Positions 26,967 to 36,369 of a stretch of DNA of 64,000 nt are shown in pieces (the stretch's first letter is position 1; each line of letters starts with the position of its first letter). The DNA is from Candidatus Anstonellales archaeon. Its GTDB lineage: Archaea > Micrarchaeota > Micrarchaeia > Anstonellales > J096. The translations under genes and the position numbers were made by a program. The notes below the pieces were generated by a model. It saw only the letters and a program-made list of their open reading frames with translations. It was not told where the DNA came from and made no database searches. The stretch spans positions 465,536-529,535 of the forward strand of contig JAWAFI010000001.1 in the NCBI GenBank assembly GCA_038890615.1, in the 5' to 3' direction.

Positions 26967-28039
26967 GCTTTCCTTGCCTTTTCAGCTTCTTCAATCCTTT
27001 CAACTGCTATCCCTATTGCAGCATCCCTGGGGAAGCCACCCCTCTCTAGTATCTTATCAGTGTTCCTCCTTACCCTGTCCTTTACTAGCTCAAATGTCTC
27101 TTCAATCGTTTTGCCCTTAAGCTCAGCATAGGATGTTATTACCCCTCCTGCATTGGCTATTATGTCAGGGACAATCAGCACTCCTTTTTGGTGGAGCTTC
27201 TTCTCTATTTCGTAAGGCACAGGTATGTTCGCTGCCTCAACTATTATGCGTGCCCTTACCTTCTCATAATTATTTTCATTTATAACATTGGGCCTTGCGC
27301 CTGGTATGAGCACATCAACATCCAAGCCAAAGAGCTCTTCTGCAGGAAGCTTCTTGCCATCACAATAAACAACGCTCCCCTTTTCCCTCTTCGCCTTTTC
27401 AAGGTCATATGCATTTATCCCATTTTCATTGTATATTGCTCCTTGCGAATCGCTTACAGCAACAACTTTTGCCCCTAATTCGTTTGCCCTTCTTACAGCA
27501 GCCTTGCCAACAACCCCAAAGCCCTCAATGGCTACTGTTGAGCCGCTTGTTTCCATGCCCTTGAATTTAAGCGCAACATCCATTGCCTCTATAACCCCAA
27601 AACCTGTTGTGCCTATCTCGTGCGGGAGCCCCCCCATTGTAAACGGCTTCCCTGTTACATTTTCCAGCCCAACCTCATCAGCAACTATTGCCATATCCTT
27701 TTCGCTCATGTTCATGTCCGGCCCTGGTATGTAAAGCTCAGGCACAAATTCCTTTATCATCCTAGAAAAAGCCCTTATGAGCTTTGGCTTGCTGGCTCCT
27801 GCAGGGCTGCCTGCAATGCCTGCCTTTGCGCCACCAAAAGGAAGCTCTGCAAGGGCGTTCTTGTAGCTCATTGCCTCCGCAAGCCTCTGCACTTCATTAA
27901 GAGTTAGGTTCGGCACAAACCTTATCCCTCCTTTGCCAGGCCCTCTTGCTGTGCTGTGCACAACCAAAAACCCATGCATCCATGTGTTCTTGTCATGCAG
28001 CTCAACCTTGTATTCAGCTTCCATATTCCCACCTTTCAA
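26963..28039 (-). CDS. gdh: Glu/Leu/Phe/Val-family amino-acid dehydrogenase (glutamate dehydrogenase-like)
   Basis: It has GPGKGGIRF, the conserved Lys region, and the NAD-binding GFGVVG (AIEGFGVVGKAA). Confidence 0.85.
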   Translation of the reverse strand: MKGGNMEAEYKVELHDKNTWMHGFLVVHSTARGPGKGGIRFVPNLTLNEVQRLAEAMSYKNALAELPFGGAKAGIAGSPAGASKPKLIRAFSRMIKEFVPELYIPGPDMNMSEKDMAIVADEVGLENVTGKPFTMGGLPHEIGTTGFGVIEAMDVALKFKGMETSGSTVAIEGFGVVGKAAVRRANELGAKVVAVSDSQGAIYNENGINAYDLEKAKREKGSVVYCDGKKLPAEELFGLDVDVLIPGARPNVINENNYEKVRARIIVEAANIPVPYEIEKKLHQKGVLIVPDIIANAGGVITSYAELKGKTIEETFELVKDRVRRNTDKILERGGFPRDAAIGIAVERIEEAEKARKA

Positions 28040-28051
28040 ACTTCAACTATT

Positions 28052-29038
28052 CTATGCGCTTTGTTTATAAACATGCTTTTCCACAGTGCATTCAACGCAT
28101 ACCTTATTCTTGCTTGGGCTGTAGCTTTTCACTGGCCTCCACCTGCACTCTGCCTTTGCGCCGAGCTTTGCTATCCTGCCTTCCAGCATTTTGACCCTAT
28201 TGTTTTCTGTGCCTTTTTCCCAGAATGAATAAATAACCAGCTTGCCCTTTCTTTTTAGCATCTCTACCGCCTCCTCTATAAATTCCTCTGAATTTGCAGG
28301 AAGGGGCATAATAACATAACTGGCCCAGCCCTTCCATTCGTGCGCCTTTTCCCTGACATCCCCTTCAACTGCAACAGCATTGCATTTTGCCCTTTCAATC
28401 CCTTTGCGCATGCATTCCACTGCATCCTTGTTCAGCTCAATGCCTACTGCTTTTGCTTTCCTGTGCTTTGCAATCTCAATCACATAAGGCCCTGCTCCTG
28501 CGAACATAACCATAACGTTGCTACCTTTTCTTATTTTCTCAACAACCCTTTTTCTTTCTTCTGCCATCCTTGGCGAAAAATGGACTTTTGCAATGTCAAC
28601 ATAGATCCAGCAGCCATTCTCCTTGTGCCAGGTTGTTGTTCTCTTCTCGCCTGCAATGTGCTCAAGCTTCCTAACCCTATATTCCCCCTCAACAGCGCTT
28701 GCCTTCTTAAAGACACCCTTCACATTCTTATGGAACCTAAGTATGCCCTCAGCAACTTTTTTTGCGCTAACGCCTTTTGGCAACTCAACAACGCAGAGGT
28801 CGCCTATGATCTCATAGCGCACAGGAGCTCCTACTAGCTCCTTTACTGGGAGCCTCTTTTTTTTCTTCCTTCCATCCCTCTCAACATCCCCCTCTGCCCC
28901 TTTCACCAAAGGGAAATATACCCATTCAGAATCCCTTTCAACAAAGTAATCAGCATTTAGGATGCCCTTGCGCAAAAGCTCCCTCCTCACATTCTCTGCG
29001 TCCTTTGGCGCAGCTTTCCTGAAGCTTATTCTATCCAT
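28052..29038 (-). CDS. trm5: tRNA (guanine37-N1)-methyltransferase Trm5 (Met-10+ / TYW2 family)
   Basis: It has the SAM-binding VMVMFAGAGPYVIEIAK and NAV...D motifs, with the Trm5 length and domain order. Confidence 0.75.
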   Translation of the reverse strand: MDRISFRKAAPKDAENVRRELLRKGILNADYFVERDSEWVYFPLVKGAEGDVERDGRKKKKRLPVKELVGAPVRYEIIGDLCVVELPKGVSAKKVAEGILRFHKNVKGVFKKASAVEGEYRVRKLEHIAGEKRTTTWHKENGCWIYVDIAKVHFSPRMAEERKRVVEKIRKGSNVMVMFAGAGPYVIEIAKHRKAKAVGIELNKDAVECMRKGIERAKCNAVAVEGDVREKAHEWKGWASYVIMPLPANSEEFIEEAVEMLKRKGKLVIYSFWEKGTENNRVKMLEGRIAKLGAKAECRWRPVKSYSPSKNKVCVECTVEKHVYKQSA

Positions 29039-31653
29039 ATCTCTGGCTTCCCGGGTATTGCCTTGCCGCTGTCCTTCCCGAGCTTGACTTTGCAGCCGAA
29101 CTCCTTTTTCAGCAGAGGAATGGCGCTCTTTATCAGCTCTTCTTCCTCTTCTTTTGTTGCCCTTGTGGGGCTCCTTGCTATCCGTTGGGCGATTTTGGCA
29201 TCCTCAATCTTAACCTCCCCCATTGCCTTCATCCCCTTCTCAGCTGCAAGGTTGGCAAGCTGCCTTTTCCATCCCCCTGCAACTCCAAGCCTTATTAGCG
29301 CTGGCTTCTTCCCTGTTATCTCAATTACTTTCTGCACATCCTTTAAGAGCTCTTTTATTGCCTCTTCGTTTTCAATTGCCTTCTGGTCAACCTCTTCTGC
29401 ATTGGGCCAAGTTGCGGAGCAAACTGATGCCCCTTTCACAATACCTTTCTTGCGCAGGTTGGCCCATACAATCTCAGCAGTGAACGGCGCAAATGGGCTT
29501 ATGGCAACGCTCCATTTAGCCAGAAATTCTCCTAAGTTGGGCTTCTTCTTCCTCCTCTCATACCACCTCAGCTCGCTGTAAACCTCGTAGAAAAGCTTCT
29601 GGAGGGCATCCCTGTATTCAAAGGATTCCATGTTTTTCTCTGCCCCTGCAATAGCCCTGTTAAGCACGCTGTATATATACCTGTCAATGCTGTCCTTTTC
29701 TGAAACCCGCGCTTTTTTGCTTAGCTTTATGAAGTAAGAAAGCCTTTCCTTTATGCCTGCTGCATCAGGCCCGCTGAAGTTTGCGTCATCCTCAAGAGTT
29801 GCGCTGCCAACTGCAGCTATCCTTATGCTGTCAGCGCCGTATCCCTTTACAGCCTTCCTTAAAGGCAGTATGTTGCCTAAGCTCTTGCTCATCTTCTTGC
29901 CATCCATTAGCACAAAGCCATTGCTTACAATCTGCTTTGGCCAGTGCTCCTTCCCAAAGACTGCAACATGGTTGAATACAAAGAAAGGCAGGTGGTTCAT
30001 TAATAGGTCTGAGGCGCTGTGCCTTGAGTCAACAGGGTACCAATAAAGGAATTCCTTCCTCATCCCTTCCCACCCTGGCTTCCCTTCTCCCTTGCCTAGC
30101 ATTACATAGTCAAAAAGCTGGTCGTCCACTTCCTTAAGGTCAATATCTTTTATCAGATGGGCTATTGTGTAGTAAGCCATGTATATTGTTGAATCAGAAA
30201 GGGCGTCAATCATCTTCTTCCTGTCGAATATGAAGCGCGTTCCCAACCCGCTGCTCCTTGTTACTGGCTTTTCCCTAAGCCAATCTATTGCGTATTCCAT
30301 CCTTTTCCTTGCATTTTCAGGCACAACCCTCATCTCTGCAAAGCACTCCTTTGCTGCCTTTTTCCATTCAGGGTTGGCATAATCTATGAACCACTGGTCC
30401 TCAAATACCTTTACTATTGCCTTTTCCCCGCACCTGCATTGCACAGGAGAGGCAAGCACATACGCCTTGAGCGCCTTGCCTTCATTGAGAAGCTTATCCT
30501 TTACATAATCCCTTGCCTCCTCAACAGGCATACCTTCCATCCCTTTCACTAACATCTTTCCCTGCTTCAGCTCCTTCATATAAACCTCTTTTGTAAGTGC
30601 CTCAAGCCTTTCATCTGCGCTTGATGCTATCCCCTGCCTTCCCACTTCCTTTGCGCAGTCAATAGGGCTTTCTATTATCTTTATTGGCTCAATCCCAAGC
30701 CCTGCTTCCTTGAGCGCTGCATAGTCATATGGCGCATGGGCAGGCACGCTCATCACTGCTCCAGTGCCCCACTCAGGGTCTACAAAAGGCGCGCTGAAAG
30801 CCCTTACAATGTTGCCAAGAGGGCTCCTGAACTCCTGCTCTACAAGCTCCTTTCCGCTAACCTTCCCGACAACTTTAACCTCAAGCTGGCCCTCAAGGTT
30901 CTTCACTGCTTTCTCCGCAACTATATACTTCTTCCCATTGACCTCAACAACAGCGTAATCCTCTGCTTCCTTTACCCAGAGGTTTGTAACCCCGTAAATG
31001 GTTTCAGGCCTGTACGTTGATGCAAGCAAAGCCCCTTGCTTTGTTTCAAAGCTAATGAGCACAACCTCTTCCAGCTCTGGGTCAACATCCCCCTTTGTGT
31101 CATGTGCGCTTAGCACATTCCTGTCCTTTGGGCAGTAGGCAAGGGGGTATTTCCCTTTCTTAAGGTAGCCCTTCTCAGCAAGCTTCCTGAACTGCCATTC
31201 TATAAACCTGTTGAACCTCTTGTCAGATGTGTAGAACTTTCTCCTCCAGTCTATGCTGTATCCTATCTCATGCATTCCTTTCTCTATCTCCTTTGAGAAA
31301 TACTTGACAAGCTTCTTTGGGTCTGTAAGCTTGGGGAAAAGCGCTTCTTCAATCCCAAATATATCCTTGAATATCCTAAGAAGCTCATGGTCCTTTTCCT
31401 TAACCCTTTTTGCCATTGCCAATATTGGAGTGCCTGTTACATGGAAGCCCATAGGGAAAAGCACATTGTACCCCTTTGCCCTAAGATAGCGAGCATATAT
31501 GTCTGTTATGGTATAAGTCCTTCCATGCCCTATGTGCTGCGGTGAGTTTGGGTATGGAAATGCTGCAGTTATGAGCTTTTTTGGCCTGCTGTCTGGTATT
31601 GCCTCAAAAAGGCCCATTGATGCCCATGCGCGCATTACGCTTTTTTCATTCAT
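29026..31653 (-). CDS. leuS: Leucyl-tRNA synthetase
   Basis: It has HIGH (PHIGHGRTY) and KMSKS (KMSKSLGN) motifs, a class Ia editing domain, and the archaeal LeuRS pattern. It is 875 aa. Confidence 0.95.
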   Translation of the reverse strand: MNEKSVMRAWASMGLFEAIPDSRPKKLITAAFPYPNSPQHIGHGRTYTITDIYARYLRAKGYNVLFPMGFHVTGTPILAMAKRVKEKDHELLRIFKDIFGIEEALFPKLTDPKKLVKYFSKEIEKGMHEIGYSIDWRRKFYTSDKRFNRFIEWQFRKLAEKGYLKKGKYPLAYCPKDRNVLSAHDTKGDVDPELEEVVLISFETKQGALLASTYRPETIYGVTNLWVKEAEDYAVVEVNGKKYIVAEKAVKNLEGQLEVKVVGKVSGKELVEQEFRSPLGNIVRAFSAPFVDPEWGTGAVMSVPAHAPYDYAALKEAGLGIEPIKIIESPIDCAKEVGRQGIASSADERLEALTKEVYMKELKQGKMLVKGMEGMPVEEARDYVKDKLLNEGKALKAYVLASPVQCRCGEKAIVKVFEDQWFIDYANPEWKKAAKECFAEMRVVPENARKRMEYAIDWLREKPVTRSSGLGTRFIFDRKKMIDALSDSTIYMAYYTIAHLIKDIDLKEVDDQLFDYVMLGKGEGKPGWEGMRKEFLYWYPVDSRHSASDLLMNHLPFFVFNHVAVFGKEHWPKQIVSNGFVLMDGKKMSKSLGNILPLRKAVKGYGADSIRIAAVGSATLEDDANFSGPDAAGIKERLSYFIKLSKKARVSEKDSIDRYIYSVLNRAIAGAEKNMESFEYRDALQKLFYEVYSELRWYERRKKKPNLGEFLAKWSVAISPFAPFTAEIVWANLRKKGIVKGASVCSATWPNAEEVDQKAIENEEAIKELLKDVQKVIEITGKKPALIRLGVAGGWKRQLANLAAEKGMKAMGEVKIEDAKIAQRIARSPTRATKEEEEELIKSAIPLLKKEFGCKVKLGKDSGKAIPGKPEIWIE

Positions 31654-31705
31654 GGAAATTCCATAAGGGCTAACTTTAAATACTTTGCCTGTGCTTTCTC
31701 TATTG
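31654..31705. promoter_or_regulatory. Short divergent promoter region between leuS and the six-gene membrane operon (TATA-like ctttaaatac at about 31672-31681)
   Basis: The A/T box lies about 26 nt upstream of the ATG at 31706, consistent with a leaderless transcript. The listed ORF start at 31685 is a TTG inside this box. Confidence 0.35.
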
Positions 31706-32941
31706 ATGCCTTTGCTTATGCAGGCGCTTGCGCCTCCGATTAACGAAGTTACAATTGCAGCGTTCCTGCTATCTTTCTCAATAGTGGTCGCTTACTACCT
31801 TCTAGACAAGGCATGGGAGGCTTTAAGAGGGGGAGCAGGAGCTACCTCTCCATTTACTATACCTGCCAAGAGGGAGATGAATGAATTCTTCGTAACGGTG
31901 CTCATATTCGCATTCTTCAGCATCTTGGTCTTCCTGATGGATACTGTTGTTTCTGCTTTTGTATGCGGCTCAACCACCGGCTGCAATGTGATAGAGATTG
32001 CGCATTTCTATTTGATAAGGCTTCAGGCGCTCCTTGTTAGCCAGTTCACCATAACATACCTTACTGAAACTGTTTTCGGCTTCTTTGGCTACTTAGGAGT
32101 AGGCGGCAAGCCAGACATCCTTTCATTTGTGCCATTTGGCTACAACTTAGCCCCTTTTGCTCCTCTTGGGCTCCCAACAAGCCTCCTGCTTAGGATAATA
32201 GATTTAATAGAAATGGAGCTTGGGGCAACGGTTACTAAGGTTATACTGCTTTACATAATATCCTTTGCAGTTCCTTACCACTTGCTTCCTTTGGGGTTCT
32301 TCATGCGTGCAATACCCTTTACAAGGAAAACAGGGAGCATGGTAATAGCTCTTTGCATCTCTGCGTATTTCGTATACCCTTTCAGCGTAATATACGGAAC
32401 TTCGCTGGTTGTTGACTATATGAATGCAGAATCTCCATCAACGCTTTACCAAATATACGATGCTACTGCAAGCATGATGGGCAGCTTTCTCAATCTTTTC
32501 TCAGGATGGACTTATAATACAGAGTTCTTCACTTCGCTAAACACCAACATAAAAGCATGGGAAGGGGCGCTTCAGGATTATGGAAATGCAATAACTAACC
32601 CTGCTGACCCTGTTGGGAGCAGGGAAGGGGGGCTTGCAACAAAATACCAGCTTGAGTACGAAGACAAGCTTGGCGCTGCAGCAAGCGACCCTGCTTACTC
32701 AATAGGGATAGGGGTTTTAGGCCTTTTCCTTTCAATCCTCGCCAGGCCACTCTTAGTGGTTGAGCTTGTAACAGGGTTCTACAGGATGGTGGTGGTGCTG
32801 GGTATATACACCGCTCTCCAGTTTACAGGTGTGGTTGCGAGCACCTTTTTCGAGATTGTGCTTACAATAACTGCTTTCAGGGCAATCTCAGAGCTTCTCA
32901 GCGGAGAGATGGCGCTTTTTGGGATGGGGAGGCTGACTTGA
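31706..32941 (+). CDS. Paralogous polytopic membrane protein, member 1 of 6 (uncharacterised family)
   Basis: It is multi-TM. It has the shared loop motif LLPLGFFMRAIPFTRKTGSMVIALCISAYFVYPF and the C-terminal tail ...GMGRLT. Its stop is fused to the next start (TGAATG). Confidence 0.6.
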   Translation: MPLLMQALAPPINEVTIAAFLLSFSIVVAYYLLDKAWEALRGGAGATSPFTIPAKREMNEFFVTVLIFAFFSILVFLMDTVVSAFVCGSTTGCNVIEIAHFYLIRLQALLVSQFTITYLTETVFGFFGYLGVGGKPDILSFVPFGYNLAPFAPLGLPTSLLLRIIDLIEMELGATVTKVILLYIISFAVPYHLLPLGFFMRAIPFTRKTGSMVIALCISAYFVYPFSVIYGTSLVVDYMNAESPSTLYQIYDATASMMGSFLNLFSGWTYNTEFFTSLNTNIKAWEGALQDYGNAITNPADPVGSREGGLATKYQLEYEDKLGAAASDPAYSIGIGVLGLFLSILARPLLVVELVTGFYRMVVVLGIYTALQFTGVVASTFFEIVLTITAFRAISELLSGEMALFGMGRLT

Positions 32942-33925
32942 ATGTTCGAGGTTTTCATCGCAGCAGCAGCGCTCCTGATGGTTGCATACATAGCAGTGCT
33001 CTACATGGCTGGCTCCTTTATGCAGAAGCCAGAATGGCACGCAATGGCAAAGGACCAGCTAAGGGAGCTTTTCCTAGCCTGCCTAATAACTATGTCAGCA
33101 GGCGCCATGATATCAATATGCAACTACCTTGGGATAATATGGCTCCAAAGCTACTTCCCTAGCTACTCCATAGTGCAGAATGACCTTGGCAAGACAACCT
33201 CTGCCCAGCTTGAGCAAATAATATTCAAATCCCTCATACCTATGATAGCGCGCATAGGTAGCATAGACATGCTCACTACAACCGCATCAAGCTACTATGC
33301 AGCAGCAGGCCCGGGAAAGTGGAGGTTTGACTTCAAGGTTTTCAATGCAGCAGGGGACAGGTTCCTGCAGATAATAGGTATACTTGAGTTCACTCTTTCA
33401 ATAACGCTTGCAAGCCTTTTCATACAATCAGCAGTTCTTGACATGGCTTACCAGGTTTCAATGGAGATAATGCTCCCTTTGGGTGCTGTGCTGTTGTTCT
33501 TCCCAGTGCTAAGGAAGTCAGGGAAATTTATAGTAGCATTAGCAATAGCGTATGGCTTCTTTGCGCCATTCATATACAGCATGACGCTTGCATCCATAGG
33601 GGATTTTTTCGCAATGAAGTCAGCTTCGAGCCCTGCAATCAATATACCATTCATAGGAGCATATGACTTTTGGGACATCTACTCAACCCCATTTATAAGG
33701 ATAAGTGAGCCCTTCCTGATTTTTCTCCCAACAGGCCATGTTTTTGTGCTTGTATACTCAAACCTGTTCGCAGAAGCCGGAAAAGTGCTTTTCATAACAG
33801 TGCTTTGCCCTGCCTTGGTTTCAATAATAACAGTTTCAACAATAAGGCCGCTTGCTGATTTCATAGAGGCGCAGTCGTTTTTGATAGACACAAGGATGAT
33901 ATCTGGGCCAAGCATAGGTGGTTGA
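32942..33925 (+). CDS. Paralogous polytopic membrane protein, member 2 of 6
   Basis: It has the motif MLPLGAVLLFFPVLRKSGKFIVALAIAYGFFAPF and the tail ...SGPSIGG. It is translationally coupled on both sides. Confidence 0.6.
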   Translation: MFEVFIAAAALLMVAYIAVLYMAGSFMQKPEWHAMAKDQLRELFLACLITMSAGAMISICNYLGIIWLQSYFPSYSIVQNDLGKTTSAQLEQIIFKSLIPMIARIGSIDMLTTTASSYYAAAGPGKWRFDFKVFNAAGDRFLQIIGILEFTLSITLASLFIQSAVLDMAYQVSMEIMLPLGAVLLFFPVLRKSGKFIVALAIAYGFFAPFIYSMTLASIGDFFAMKSASSPAINIPFIGAYDFWDIYSTPFIRISEPFLIFLPTGHVFVLVYSNLFAEAGKVLFITVLCPALVSIITVSTIRPLADFIEAQSFLIDTRMISGPSIGG

Positions 33926-35185
33926 ATGCCAGCGCAGCCGTACATTGAATTTGTTTTGCAGGCATACCAGAACTACCTGCCTTTAGCCCCTCCTTTGATC
34001 CTCCTGTCGCTTGGGCTCATAGCGCTTACCCAAGCAGTAGGGAGGTTCTTGAACATGAACCAGCTCATTGTGTGGGGCAAGCTTGAGCTTTTTGAGCTTT
34101 TCTTCTCTGCTTTTATACTCCTCATATTCCCATTTGCCCTTGGCTCCATGAATGAGATAGCAGCTACGGTAATTACTTCTCTTCCATATGGGCCAGACAT
34201 ATGCCCAAATGCCCAGCAGGCAACAATACCCTGCCACATAGCTTATGCAAAGCAGTTCCTGAATTCAATGTTCATAGAGCTCGACTATGTAATTTTCAGG
34301 CAGCTTGCTTGGTATTCTGTTATAAGCTTGCTCACAAACACAGAGATTTCCTTGGAGGTTGGGATGATATCAAAGCCATGGGCGCCTTTCATGATTTTCC
34401 ATGCCAAAGAGCTAATAATAAGGGACACAGTGCAGCATATGTTTACATTCATGCTGGCTTTAAAGGTCATTGAGAACACCTTTGCTTTCATATCCCTTTT
34501 CTTTTTCCCGCTAATGCTCATAGGTGGGGTTTTGCTCAGGATACTAAAGTATACAAGGAGGCTTGGTGGCCTGCTAATAGCAATAGCGCTGGTGTCGCAT
34601 TACATAACCCCAATACCTTTCATAGTGGGCGGCATGCTTTACAACCAGTACAGGATAGACCAAGGCTTGCCGTACAGTGACTTAAAACCAGTGCTCTACA
34701 AAGCCAAAACAACCTCTTCCACAGGGGTGCCGGCAATACTTGACTTAAAAGACAATGACATTTATGATAGCTGGAAGAAAAGCTACGAGTCGCAATCGCA
34801 GGGCCAGGCGATTGATTACACAACAAGCAATATGCAATACCAGCTTAAAGATAATTTGGTCATAGAGCCATACGTTGACCCACATGATGCTTCTTCAGTG
34901 TCTTCAGGAATAGCATCATTTCTACTTGAAGCAATTTCATTCACAAAATACCTGAGCTTGTACGTTTTCACAGCAGGCTTCGGGCAGGGCGAATCTATAG
35001 TAGACTTCATATATGGGATTGACTTAGTTAAAAAAGGAGGCGCCCTTGATGTAAGCGGTACAGTGCTGGCGTATGTTTTCTTCTTTACATTCATTTCACT
35101 ACTCTCATCAATAGCTGCAGTAAGGAGCCTTTCAGAGACATTTGGCGGGGATTCAGAGATAGCAGGGCTTACGAGGCTGATATGA
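33926..35185 (+). CDS. Paralogous polytopic membrane protein, member 3 of 6
   Basis: It has the motif FFPLMLIGGVLLRILKYTRRLGGLLIAIALVSHYITPIPF and the tail ...GLTRLI. Its stop overlaps the next start (ATGA). Confidence 0.6.
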   Translation: MPAQPYIEFVLQAYQNYLPLAPPLILLSLGLIALTQAVGRFLNMNQLIVWGKLELFELFFSAFILLIFPFALGSMNEIAATVITSLPYGPDICPNAQQATIPCHIAYAKQFLNSMFIELDYVIFRQLAWYSVISLLTNTEISLEVGMISKPWAPFMIFHAKELIIRDTVQHMFTFMLALKVIENTFAFISLFFFPLMLIGGVLLRILKYTRRLGGLLIAIALVSHYITPIPFIVGGMLYNQYRIDQGLPYSDLKPVLYKAKTTSSTGVPAILDLKDNDIYDSWKKSYESQSQGQAIDYTTSNMQYQLKDNLVIEPYVDPHDASSVSSGIASFLLEAISFTKYLSLYVFTAGFGQGESIVDFIYGIDLVKKGGALDVSGTVLAYVFFFTFISLLSSIAAVRSLSETFGGDSEIAGLTRLI

Positions 35186-36369
35186 TGAGGCTAATGCACC
35201 TAATCCTCCTTCTTCTCTTGCCTGCCCTCTCAGCACAGCAGACAAACAACATACAAGAAATAACATCAAGCACCATTGATGAGAAGGCATGGAGCCAAAC
35301 AATAGAGAGCCACTTGCTTCTCCAGATAATAACAAACAACTGCCAGGCAGGGCCGAGCCTTGACATGCACAGCCAATTCTTGACGCTTTCAGCAGCTGTT
35401 TTGATCACTATGCTTTCGCTGCTAATATTCCTATACTTGCTCTCTTACATAACCGATTCTGTTACAATCAGGAGCGTTGTGCAGTACGAGTTTTACTCTG
35501 TGTTCATGACAACCTTCCTCCTTTTCGCCCTTCTTGAAGTCCTTTACCTTACAATCAACCCGGTTTATGAGAAGCTTGGCATACAGGAGAAGGCATTCAG
35601 CTACTCCAACAAGATAGTTGTGAGGCTTTTCACTACGCTTGGCGCTTTCAGCGGCACCTCTTTAGTGTTAAGCGCAATAGAATCCTTAAGGATAAGCATA
35701 AGCTTCAGGATTGTGCCTTTCTCTTTCTCAGCATCTTCATTCGTGAAGCCCATGACTGACTCTGTTGGCTTCATATCCCAGCTAACCAGCTTGGCAGTTA
35801 CAGAATGGCTTGTCAAGGCAGCGCTGCTGTGCCTGATGTTCAATTACTCTTTCCCTCTGCTCATACCCATTGGGCTCTTCCTTAGGGCCATACCAATATT
35901 CAGGGGGGCAGGCAACTCAATAATAGCAGCATCACTTGGGTTCTTCTTCATATTCCCGCTTCTTCTTGCAGTAAACGATGACATAGATGCCAAGATGTCG
36001 CTTATACTGCGCGAGAGGGAGACAATGGACAGGGCAGTGGCAGTAGTAAAGGATGTCGCAGGGGATTCTGCATTCTCAGTAAACAACGCAACAGGGGAGG
36101 AGCTTTCTGGCTGGCTGGAGAAACTCTACAACCTGCTTTTCAGGGCTATATTTTTCCCTTCGCAGCAAACTCCTATCGACCAAGGGGGCATATGGCTCTG
36201 GGAAAAGGTGTTCTACCCTCTTTTCATACTGCGCTTTGTGTATTACTTCTTTGTTCTCAGCGCCATATTCCCGTTTATAAACATTTCAGTGCTAATAGCT
36301 GCAATAAAGGAGATAGGCCAGTGGCTTGATGCTGATGTAAAGCTTGATGTTTTCATGAGGTTGATATAG
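35182..36369 (+). CDS. Paralogous polytopic membrane protein, member 4 of 6 (has cleavable-looking signal peptide)
   Basis: It has the N-terminus MMRLMHLILLLLLPALSAQQ, the motif LLIPIGLFLRAIPIFRGAGNSIIAASLGFFFIFPLL, and the tail ...VFMRLI. Confidence 0.6.
   Translation: MMRLMHLILLLLLPALSAQQTNNIQEITSSTIDEKAWSQTIESHLLLQIITNNCQAGPSLDMHSQFLTLSAAVLITMLSLLIFLYLLSYITDSVTIRSVVQYEFYSVFMTTFLLFALLEVLYLTINPVYEKLGIQEKAFSYSNKIVVRLFTTLGAFSGTSLVLSAIESLRISISFRIVPFSFSASSFVKPMTDSVGFISQLTSLAVTEWLVKAALLCLMFNYSFPLLIPIGLFLRAIPIFRGAGNSIIAASLGFFFIFPLLLAVNDDIDAKMSLILRERETMDRAVAVVKDVAGDSAFSVNNATGEELSGWLEKLYNLLFRAIFFPSQQTPIDQGGIWLWEKVFYPLFILRFVYYFFVLSAIFPFINISVLIAAIKEIGQWLDADVKLDVFMRLI

Noticed and set aside
29063-31489. 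Plus-strand ORFs within leuS
   Set aside because: They are antisense to leuS (HIGH/KMSKS present on the minus strand).
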